Shown piece after piece: positions 7,184 to 13,957 of a stretch of DNA of 27,545 bases (position 1 is the first letter of the stretch; each line of letters starts with the position of its first letter). Where the stretch lies: positions 1-27,545 of the IMG/VR virus record IMGVR_UViG_3300045996_000667; one strand, given 5' to 3'. The translations under genes were made by a program, and so were the position numbers. Below the pieces are notes generated by a model. It ran no database searches and was not told the DNA's origin. It was given only the letters and a program-made list of their open reading frames with translations. The DNA is from a virus. Taxonomy: Duplodnaviria > Heunggongvirae > Uroviricota > Caudoviricetes.

Positions 7184-7727
7184 CAGCGTACCTAATGTTC
7201 ACCAGAGGGAAATGACGGCCCAGCAACTCTCGCAGCTGCTCGGTCCTGTAATGCCTCTTATGGTCATGGTAGGGACGTGTCAGGAAATCACCGTTTGGCG
7301 TCGTCATCAGGAACCTGCCGCCAGGCCTCAGCACGCGGGCGACATTCGCCACGAAGGCCTCGTCAGCCTCCACGTGCTCCAACACCTCCACCGCCACCAC
7401 CACGTCGAACGACCGCGCCGGCAGCCGCGTATCGGTCATGTCGTCAATGACGTAGTCGTAGACGTTCGTTCTGGAGGCGATGACCTGCCGACGAATGGCC
7501 TCCGTCGCCCCAAGGTCCAGCCGCTCCTGCAGCTCGGACTGGCGAGGAATGTCGGAGATGATCACCCGACTGCGCAGGCCGATGGTATACTGGCTGCGGC
7601 GACCGCCGACGTCCAGGATTCGCAGAGGGCCGTCTGCCTCCATCTCTCGCAGCATCCTCGAAACACGCCAGTACAGCGGGTGCTCGACAGGGCGAACCAC
7701 ACGGCGCAACGTCTCGTATCGCGTCAT
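6999..7727 (-). CDS. Class I SAM-dependent methyltransferase
   Basis: Motif I RILDVGG, FDVVVAVEVLEHV, RVLRPGGRFLMTTPNG; opposite strand and visibly more GC-rich than the array. Confidence 0.88.
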   Translation of the reverse strand: MTRYETLRRVVRPVEHPLYWRVSRMLREMEADGPLRILDVGGRRSQYTIGLRSRVIISDIPRQSELQERLDLGATEAIRRQVIASRTNVYDYVIDDMTDTRLPARSFDVVVAVEVLEHVEADEAFVANVARVLRPGGRFLMTTPNGDFLTRPYHDHKRHYRTEQLRELLGRHFPLVNIRYAVNHGRLMRWGVPCSRSRVRQLLGAPALGLSTALESIGIGGQGPHRKRHLVALSALTAARRA

Positions 7728-7784
7728 AGCTCTAGCATATGCCGATTTTGGCTACCTGACAACACTTACTAGTGTATTCCTTTC

Positions 7785-8021
7785 ATGTCAACATCTGAGG
7801 AGTTCTTTCACGCGCTCGCTCCGTCCGTTATAGGTGCGCACGACGCCTGTCAGGGCAGCTTCGAACATCGCGTGTTCTGGATTATCGACACTGTCAGCTA
7901 TCATGACGTCAGGGATGGACAAGCCATGCTGACCTGCAGCAATTGTGGCCAGCAGGTATGGGCCGCCAAGGCTTGGATCAACGATAAGCTGGACCGAACA
8001 ACGCGACATGACCAATTCTGA
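7785..8021 (+). CDS. EFFxAL-tagged Zn-binding microprotein, unit 22 (paralog of unit 16)
   Basis: MSTSEEFFHAL, GAHDAC..CSNC. Confidence 0.8.
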   Translation: MSTSEEFFHALAPSVIGAHDACQGSFEHRVFWIIDTVSYHDVRDGQAMLTCSNCGQQVWAAKAWINDKLDRTTRHDQF

Positions 8022-8211
8022 GGAGTTCTTCCAGGCCCTGACACCGACTACTATGGCTGTCTGCGATAACGACCGCTCGTGCGGCACCACCTTGCACGCC
8101 TGCACGCCACTTCCCGATTCCTTTTGGGAGGCTAGGTGCCTAAAATGCGGGGCTATGTGGGTCAGCAGCCTTGTCATTCATGAGGCGCTCCTAGAGGAGG
8201 GCAAGATTTGA
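8008..8211 (+). CDS. EFFxAL-tagged Zn-ribbon microprotein, unit 23
   Basis: MTNSEEFFQAL, CDNDRSC..CLKC. Confidence 0.8.
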   Translation: MTNSEEFFQALTPTTMAVCDNDRSCGTTLHACTPLPDSFWEARCLKCGAMWVSSLVIHEALLEEGKI

Positions 8212-8381
8212 CAAAATCTGAGGAATTCTTTCAGGCGCTCACAGGCCCGGTAGTCGAAGCATCATGCCACCACTGCCAGGTTAACAGAATGTTCGTTTGC
8301 ACACATGTTCTAGGACCGCAATGGGAAGCGACCTGCCAAGTGTGCGGTAACGTTATCGCCTTCAGTGTTACTGATGACTAA
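8208..8381 (+). CDS. EFFxAL-tagged Zn-ribbon microprotein, unit 24 (57 aa, not in ORF track)
   Basis: GAGGAGG RBS, TTG start; TKSEEFFQALTGPVV..CHHC..CQVC. Confidence 0.8.
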   Translation: MTKSEEFFQALTGPVVEASCHHCQVNRMFVCTHVLGPQWEATCQVCGNVIAFSVTDD

Positions 8382-8463
8382 ATCTGAGGAATTCTTTCAG
8401 GCGATCACAGGTCCAGTAGTCGAGGCTCACTGCACCGGCTGCCTGCCACGCAGAAGGGATTGA
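8374..8463 (+). pseudogene. Truncated unit 25 (29 aa; second CxxC lost)
   Basis: MTKSEEFFQAITGPVVEAHCTGCLPRRRD*; paralog of units 24 and 26. Confidence 0.6.
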
Positions 8464-8467
8464 GCGA

Positions 8468-8596
8468 ATGACTGAATGCGAGCCGGGATACCACGAATGG
8501 GAGTCCGGCGCCGGGTGGGGGACCATCATCGGCGTCAGTCGCTGTAAGCGTTGCGGTCGAGTGTCCCGCGCGTCTGATTTCTCCGGCGATGACTAA
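8468..8596 (+). CDS. Untagged Cys/His microprotein (42 aa)
   Basis: MTECEPGYHEW..CKRCG..; stop lies inside the unit 26 leader. Confidence 0.6.
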   Translation: MTECEPGYHEWESGAGWGTIIGVSRCKRCGRVSRASDFSGDD

Positions 8597-8789
8597 ATCT
8601 GAGGAATTCTTCCAGTCGCTAACAGGCCCAGTAGTCGTGGCGCACTGCATCGTCTGCGTCCAGATCGTCAAGTTCGTTTGCACACATGTGCAAGGCTCCA
8701 CATGGAGTGCTACCTGCCAGGACTGCGGCAACGTTTGGGAAAGCTTCTTCACAATCGAGCGTAAATTGATAAAGTCAGGTCAGATTTGA
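8589..8789 (+). CDS. EFFxAL-tagged Zn-ribbon microprotein, unit 26
   Basis: MTKSEEFFQSLTGPVV..CIVC..CQDC. Confidence 0.8.
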   Translation: MTKSEEFFQSLTGPVVVAHCIVCVQIVKFVCTHVQGSTWSATCQDCGNVWESFFTIERKLIKSGQI

Positions 8790-9120
8790 CCACTTTGTCA
8801 AGCACTTTTTGCCCGACCAGTTCGCAACTTGCCAGTTGGCCAGCCCCATACTCCACTTCGCACCCCAAAATCAACATAAAAATGGCCATTTTAGCCATTT
8901 CACCCCGATTTTTCCCATATTTCAAGCCTCTCGTAACATTCCCATATAATTTTACAGGTCGATCGCACTAGGGAAACCGCCTGCCCTTACCCGGCCTCGA
9001 GGTCGATGGCTGCCGTCGGGCTCCCTTACTATTTCGCCGGCTACTTACCTTTGTATAGTTACTCACAGCTGGTGAGTGCCAGGCCTTTTGGTTAGTGCGG
9101 ACTAGCATAGGCTGATAGTG

Positions 9121-9138
9121 CTTGTCAAATTTGACAAG
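9121..9138. promoter_or_regulatory. Perfect 18-bp palindrome with back-to-back TTGACA
   Basis: CTTGTCAAATTTGACAAG. Confidence 0.6.
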
Positions 9139-9207
9139 GTATAGCCTGTTATGCTTGGCCACCTAATACACAAGTCTTTTGTGTATGGGCAGAGCCTAGG
9201 CAGGGTA

Positions 9208-9237
9208 TTGACATAGAAGGAATACAGGCTGTAGGCT
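9208..9237 (+). promoter_or_regulatory. Putative sigma70-type promoter
   Basis: TTGACA-N18-TAGGCT. Confidence 0.45.
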
Positions 9238-9352
9238 TGTCGCATGGTTACTTGGTTTGGTTCTGACGCGGTCGGTTTGGCGCTTGCGGCGCTTGGCTAT
9301 GACCGCTTGCGTTCTGTTAGCACCCTGTCTGCTGCTGAGCGTCTAGCATTCG

Positions 9353-9637
9353 ATGCCGTTCTGGATGCCGCTATCAGGGTGCTCAATGTCCGCTAGGTCT
9401 GAGCGTAGACGGTTGCGCGCCATGGTTCACCGTTCCCTAGTGTCCAGCCACTACCGCAGTGCTAGCACTCAGCCCGATACCTCGGCGCGCGCCACCTACA
9501 TGGCAGAGTCTATCGTCCGTTCCTATGCTCTGACCGTCGTATCTCGCAAGGCTAGCGCTGACAGTTCCGTTAGCAAGGCTAGTCCGTATCTGTCTCACGT
9601 TTGCGCCACCTACGGCGCATACATTCAACAGGAGTAG
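9353..9637 (+). CDS. Possible basic hypothetical protein
   Basis: Open frame leading into the RBS of 9641; start uncertain (perhaps 9386). Confidence 0.35.
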   Translation: MPFWMPLSGCSMSARSERRRLRAMVHRSLVSSHYRSASTQPDTSARATYMAESIVRSYALTVVSRKASADSSVSKASPYLSHVCATYGAYIQQE

Positions 9638-9640
9638 ATC

Positions 9641-9979
9641 ATGCGTAACACTACCTCTAGCCGTCTTGTGTCACGTGGCAAGGTTCGCAAGGTGGCTCAG
9701 CCTGCCGTCCCTGCCGTTGATCCTGCCGTTCTGGCCGCACTCGGCAATCCTGCCGTTCTGGCAGGGCTGATACAGGCTCTGCAAGGTGGCAAGGTGGCTC
9801 AGCCTGCCGTCCCTGTCCAGCCTGCTACGCTCAGCCTGCCGATCAATGGCAAGCCTGTTTCCCTGTCAGTTGACGGGCGCAAGGCAGACGGGAGCGTCCG
9901 GCGATACAAGGGATCCGTTATCACTTCGATCAACGGTGCTCAGTTCACGGTCTACCTCAGCGCATACGCTCAGAAGTAG
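9641..9979 (+). CDS. Hypothetical Ala/Pro-rich protein with internal repeats
   Basis: CAGGAG RBS; 27-bp direct repeat (9687-9713, 9789-9815) encoding KVAQPAVP. Confidence 0.7.
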   Translation: MRNTTSSRLVSRGKVRKVAQPAVPAVDPAVLAALGNPAVLAGLIQALQGGKVAQPAVPVQPATLSLPINGKPVSLSVDGRKADGSVRRYKGSVITSINGAQFTVYLSAYAQK

Positions 9980-9994
9980 TCGGCAGGCACTAGC

Positions 9995-10024
9995 AGACTA
10001 GCAGGGTATCGGCCCTGCTAGTCT
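9995..10024. terminator. 12-bp stem hairpin downstream of the 9641 gene
   Basis: AGACTAGCAGGG-TATCGG-CCCTGCTAGTCT; no clear U-tract. Confidence 0.5.
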
Positions 10025-11195
10025 CTAGCAGAGCCTATCACGGCATGCGCCTTGATCGGTTCTGTTAGAGACTACCAAGTCTCTAGCTCTTTACATACCG
10101 CGTAACAGCGCTGTAGGTTCGGGCGATTCGCCCACTATGGCCAACAATGCGGACTAGACTCAGGTGGCAGACAGTGACGCTATTGTCACTGCCGATACCG
10201 CTAGAGAAGCAAAAGACCGTAGAGTCTAACGTAGGCACGGCGAGTGCAATCACATAGACCACGGCGAGTGCATTAAGACCACGTCGCGCAGTGAAGCGCT
10301 TTAGGTGGCATGCACGGTAGCATCCTAGCAATTGCCCAGCAGATTGCGGTTTTAGCGTGTTTAGCCGTTCGTTAGTGGCCTAGCATGCCGTGACAGTAAT
10401 ACGTCCTAGGACGTCCCGCTAATCGTGCCGCATAGGTTATCCGTTGGCGGTATCTGCCGACTAAGTAGCATCCTGCCTGCCTGCCTTTAATGGCCACCTG
10501 AGTCTAGTCTGTATTGGCGCGAATGACAGTGTATGGTCGTCCCTGCTAGCACGTGGCAACGTCTAGCAGGCACCGTTAGTGCTGTTACTGTGCTGGCATA
10601 GCCTGAAAGACTACAGGCTAGCACTCAGGCAGGGTAAGCACTAGCACGCTATACGCCTACAGGACTGTCTAATACTGCCATTCCAATAGAGGGGATAGAT
10701 CCGACTAACCTGTAACGGACCTATCGCCGGCCCCACCACAACCAGGCCTGCCCCGCGACTTCATCAGTCGACCGAAGTGGACCAAGGGAGTAGTGTGTGC
10801 CGACGTATGCCCCTAGCCGGATGCAATATATCCTGCCCAACCGCGCATAGGATGCGAGCCTTCCATAGGCCATGATCCCTATACGCGCCTAGCCCCTGCC
10901 TTCTAACCGCTAGGCTTGCAGGACAATCTGGCGTCAACCATGCACGTTCAATAGTAGGTGGTTGACAAAGGCAGCGGGTTTAACCTCGAGTTAAACCGGC
11001 GAGCTGCGGGAAGTAGAGAGGGAGGAAACGGGACCGAAACAGCCCAAGCGGGGCATGGCTTAACCATGCCTGTCAAGTAAGCTGCTAGTAGGTCCCCTCT
11101 CTATAGAACGGGTCTGCTATACCTGGCCAAACCGCTGAAAGGCTAGGGAACCGCTCTATAGGGAGCATCTTAACCGCCCTAACTGGAGGAAACCA

Positions 11196-11324
11196 ATGTC
11201 TATCAAGACCTATGAGTGCCCAACCTGCCACGCCTTCGAGTTCAACTACATCCGCCCGCACTACTGCAGCAACTGCGGCCGCAAGGGCAAGCTGCGCCGC
11301 ATCATCGGCTGGTTCATCGGCTAG
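11196..11324 (+). CDS. Zn-ribbon microprotein (42 aa, untagged)
   Basis: GGAGG RBS; YECPTC..YCSNC. Confidence 0.75.
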   Translation: MSIKTYECPTCHAFEFNYIRPHYCSNCGRKGKLRRIIGWFIG

Positions 11325-11327
11325 GCC

Positions 11328-11441
11328 ATGCTGAGACTGTTCGCCTACGCATCCTGGGCTGCCGTGATGGCGCTGTTCGTCTACATCACAGTAGTCCCTA
11401 TCCTTAACCACGTTGTCACTGTTCTGGGGAACCTGCGATAA
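11328..11441 (+). CDS. Small membrane peptide (37 aa)
   Basis: Hydrophobic stretch; TAATG coupling to the next gene. Confidence 0.55.
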   Translation: MLRLFAYASWAAVMALFVYITVVPILNHVVTVLGNLR

Positions 11442-11593
11442 TGCTGACACTGCTGCTCGTCCTTGCCCGTAACGACGTCGTCCGACTGGCCAGCCCCGAG
11501 ACGCAGTGGTGGCTGTTAGGGCTGGTCGCAATCGAGCTGTTCACCGAAATCGTCGGCTACGCCCATTGGGTCGAATATCGGCTCAACCGCTAG
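11441..11593 (+). CDS. Small hydrophobic protein (50 aa)
   Basis: TAATG overlap; open frame. Confidence 0.5.
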   Translation: MLTLLLVLARNDVVRLASPETQWWLLGLVAIELFTEIVGYAHWVEYRLNR

Positions 11594-11723
11594 CATCCAA
11601 GTAATACACAAGCATTTTGTGAACGCTGCTGTGTGGGTCATGGCTGTCATGACCTACGCAAGAGCGCTCGTAAGACTGCGAGTGCCTACTAGGCAATACC
11701 GCCTAGCCGGACAGGAGGACACT

Positions 11724-12146
11724 ATGTTCGCCAACACCACCGCCGCCACCCGCGCCCGCAAGCAGGCTTTCATCGCCAAGGTTGCCGCCCGCAAGCAGGC
11801 CAAGACCGCCAACCGCCACACCACGCGCACCGCGAGCCGCAAGGCCCAGCCCGCCACCGCCGCGCCCGCCGTCAACCCGCAGGCTGCGTTCATCCAGGCC
11901 CTCGCCGCCGCGCTCGGCCAGACCCCCATGGCCGCTGCCCTGCTCAAGGCCAACGGCGGCACCAACGTCGGCACCGTGGGCAACCCGACGCCGCAGCTCA
12001 ACACCGCGCCCATCACCCTGAACCTCGGTGACCTCGGCACCCACACGCTGACCTTCGCCCGCGAGTCCAAGGGCCACAAGGCCGTCCACGAGCTGGTGCT
12101 GGAGGACGAGAACAGCAAGTTCTTCATCAGCCGCTACTCCAAGTAA
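11724..12146 (+). CDS. Basic Ala-rich hypothetical protein
   Basis: AGGAGG RBS; strongly biased codons; resembles the 9641 product. Confidence 0.8.
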   Translation: MFANTTAATRARKQAFIAKVAARKQAKTANRHTTRTASRKAQPATAAPAVNPQAAFIQALAAALGQTPMAAALLKANGGTNVGTVGNPTPQLNTAPITLNLGDLGTHTLTFARESKGHKAVHELVLEDENSKFFISRYSK

Positions 12147-12159
12147 CCGCTACCCACAT

Positions 12160-12200
12160 GGACAGGGCTGGCCCTATGGCTAGTCCTGTCCAACCTCGCA
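12160..12200 (+). repeat. 41-bp hairpin repeat, copy 1
   Basis: GGACAGGGCTGG-ccctat-GGCTAGTCCTGTCCAACCTCGCA; near-identical to 14401-14441. Confidence 0.75.
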
Positions 12201-12237
12201 ACAAGGCCAGTGACAGTGGCTTTGTTAGGAGGTCGTC

Positions 12238-12312
12238 ATGGGTCAACTGATAGACGAGCTCATCGTCGTGATCGCTCTCGGCAACTCTCACCCGACCGTC
12301 AACAAGCGTTAA
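12238..12312 (+). CDS. 24-aa peptide
   Basis: TAGGAGGT RBS at good spacing; MGQLIDELIVVIALGNSHPTVNKR. Confidence 0.5.
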   Translation: MGQLIDELIVVIALGNSHPTVNKR

Positions 12313-12339
12313 CCCTCACAACCTGACAGGAGAATGACC

Positions 12340-12726
12340 ATGCTTACCGCATCTCAGTGGAACCGTGTCCGCGCAACCGAAGCCGCCCTCGTCATCGTCA
12401 GCACCAACGCTGGCCAGAACATCATCAACCCCGTGCGCCGCGTCATGCCGAACGCCACCGCCAAGACCATCAGCAACCCGCAGGGCATGAGGATGACCGT
12501 GCGGCCGGCGCTCATCGAGAACCCGCTGCTGACCCTGTCCAACCCGCACAGCAGCTCGGCCACCATCGACAACGCCATCAGGATCGCATCTGGTGGTATC
12601 CGTCTGGTCAAGGGCGGCCGCAACTGGACCGACCCGCGCTACGTGGAATGCACCCGCTACGTCCCCATGGGCGTCACGTTCGGGGACTGCGTCCGTCAGC
12701 GCGAAGCCCTCAAGGCCAGCGAATGA
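12340..12726 (+). CDS. Hypothetical protein
   Basis: AGGAG RBS; biased codons. Confidence 0.75.
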   Translation: MLTASQWNRVRATEAALVIVSTNAGQNIINPVRRVMPNATAKTISNPQGMRMTVRPALIENPLLTLSNPHSSSATIDNAIRIASGGIRLVKGGRNWTDPRYVECTRYVPMGVTFGDCVRQREALKASE

Positions 12727-12815
12727 GGGCCTACCTGCTTGACCTGCTCGATCGTCTGGTAAGATCCCTGCCATCGGCGTTGGACGCGGCAATCATAGCC
12801 GCGCTCGACGCCTAG
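12723..12815 (+). CDS. 30-aa helical peptide
   Basis: ATGA overlap. Confidence 0.5.
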   Translation: MRAYLLDLLDRLVRSLPSALDAAIIAALDA

Positions 12816-12827
12816 GAGGCACCCTGA

Positions 12828-13133
12828 ATGGACATCTGCCCTAGCAGAGACGACGCCCAACCTCACATCTTCGAGGGCGGGCGTTGTGCCCTCTGCCTCA
12901 CACCGCTGCCACAAAACGAACGCTGGATCGCACGCTACGGCTACTCTGTCGGTGGCACGAAGCACGATTTCAACTGGTTCTGGATTCGTGACGAATATAC
13001 GCCCAACGAGAAGGGCAACGCGGAGCGTTTCAATAGCGCAGCAGCTGCAAAGGCAGCGGCCCGCGAGGCCGTAACCAACGCCAGCGCAATACAGCCACAC
13101 CTGCAATGGCGCACGGCCGTGGAACGAGCATGA
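12828..13133 (+). CDS. Hypothetical protein with N-terminal Cys/His cluster
   Basis: AGGAGG RBS. Confidence 0.7.
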   Translation: MDICPSRDDAQPHIFEGGRCALCLTPLPQNERWIARYGYSVGGTKHDFNWFWIRDEYTPNEKGNAERFNSAAAAKAAAREAVTNASAIQPHLQWRTAVERA

Positions 13134-13351
13134 ACGCTGGAATGCTAGTCACTCGTCGTCAACTGCTGGCCCTTTATGAGGCTTGGCAAAAGGCTGGCAA
13201 CAAGGTTCCAACCAAGAAGTTGTCGTTCATCGGCCTCAAGTTCCCAGAAGGGTCAGACTTCTACGACGTCAACATCGAGTATACCGAACACAAGTCGCCC
13301 TATGGAAACCGCCTCTATAGGGTCACATTCCTGAACCCATGCCGACAATGA
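13130..13351 (+). CDS. Hypothetical protein
   Basis: ATGA overlap. Confidence 0.7.
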   Translation: MNAGMLVTRRQLLALYEAWQKAGNKVPTKKLSFIGLKFPEGSDFYDVNIEYTEHKSPYGNRLYRVTFLNPCRQ

Positions 13352-13536
13352 GAAGGCTTGAGTGTTGCTGCTGTGGAGGCCTCGCCTTAGCGGTGAAACA
13401 CTGGTGGAACCGCGACACGGGCTTTGGCCTCTGCGGGAAATGCGCCAACATGATCAAGGCGCGCAAGGACTACGACCCCGAAGAATTCACCCAGAACTAC
13501 GGACACGAAGGAGTCCACTGGATACCTGAACCATGA
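13348..13536 (+). CDS. Cys-rich hypothetical protein
   Basis: ATGA overlap; CCCC..CGKC. Confidence 0.7.
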   Translation: MRRLECCCCGGLALAVKHWWNRDTGFGLCGKCANMIKARKDYDPEEFTQNYGHEGVHWIPEP

Positions 13537-13718
13537 ATGACGTCAAACGGATACAGGAGATAATCGACCGCTTCATCCCGCTCGGCAATCGTTCCTCCAT
13601 GTGTCACAGCTTCATCGTGCCAATGGAGGACTGTTCACGGTGCAAAGACGCCATCGAAATCAGAGAGCTGGTGGCTAAACTGGCAAAGGATAGCCATGCC
13701 AACCCTGAGAACCGCTAG
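13533..13718 (+). CDS. Hypothetical protein
   Basis: ATGA overlap; CH..CSRC. Confidence 0.65.
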   Translation: MNDVKRIQEIIDRFIPLGNRSSMCHSFIVPMEDCSRCKDAIEIRELVAKLAKDSHANPENR

Positions 13719-13947
13719 CACCCTGTCACCCGGCGAGTTCGTTGAGATGCTCGCCGCCAATCAGCCCAACGGCCTTGGCAGCGTGGTCAGCGTCGACATG
13801 AAGGCGCGGCGCGTCACCTGTCGGACCACGGACAGCCATGCCGCTCATGCGGTGGAACTGCTGGCCAACCGGAAAGGCCTGAAAGTCCTGACCACGCGGC
13901 CAGACGATGGCAGCTATGTCATCGGGGTCACGGGCTTCAAGGCCTGA
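13696..13947 (+). CDS. Hypothetical protein
   Basis: ORF track; biased codons. Confidence 0.7.
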   Translation: MPTLRTASTLSPGEFVEMLAANQPNGLGSVVSVDMKARRVTCRTTDSHAAHAVELLANRKGLKVLTTRPDDGSYVIGVTGFKA

Positions 13948-13957
13948 AGGATTCGCC

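Noticed and set aside
7041-7772. 243-aa + strand ORF
   Set aside because: Antisense shadow of the methyltransferase.
7786-7791. Minus-strand TTGACA as the methyltransferase promoter
   Set aside because: It coincides with the Met-Ser-Thr codons of unit 22, and there is no acceptable -10 at 16-18 nt.
186-8596. Programmed +1 frameshifting (prfB-like) making a polyprotein
   Set aside because: The codons before the embedded stops vary (TTC, GGC, ATC, GAC, GTC) and offer no re-pairing slippery site; most units have their own plausible start.
186-8789. CRISPR array interpretation of the periodic GARTTCTT repeat
   Set aside because: Repeats are short and degenerate in codon-like fashion, the intervening segments are 170-300+ nt open ORFs, and no cas genes are present.
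1922-8789. Integron-like system with the integrase shuffling the units
   Set aside because: No attC-like hairpins or GTTRRRY cores lie between units, no IntI-specific insertion is evident, and the adjacent attP/tRNA arrangement explains the integrase as a lysogeny enzyme. Not formally excluded.
186-8789. Diversity-generating retroelement as the source of variability
   Set aside because: No reverse transcriptase and no template/variable repeat pair differing at adenines in the window.
11000-11060. Hammerhead ribozyme suggested by CGAAAC
   Set aside because: No CTGANGA core at a compatible position.
11654-12127. Long minus-strand and alternative-frame ORFs over 11724-12146
   Set aside because: Result of extreme GC3 bias; only the + frame has an RBS and coherent codon usage.
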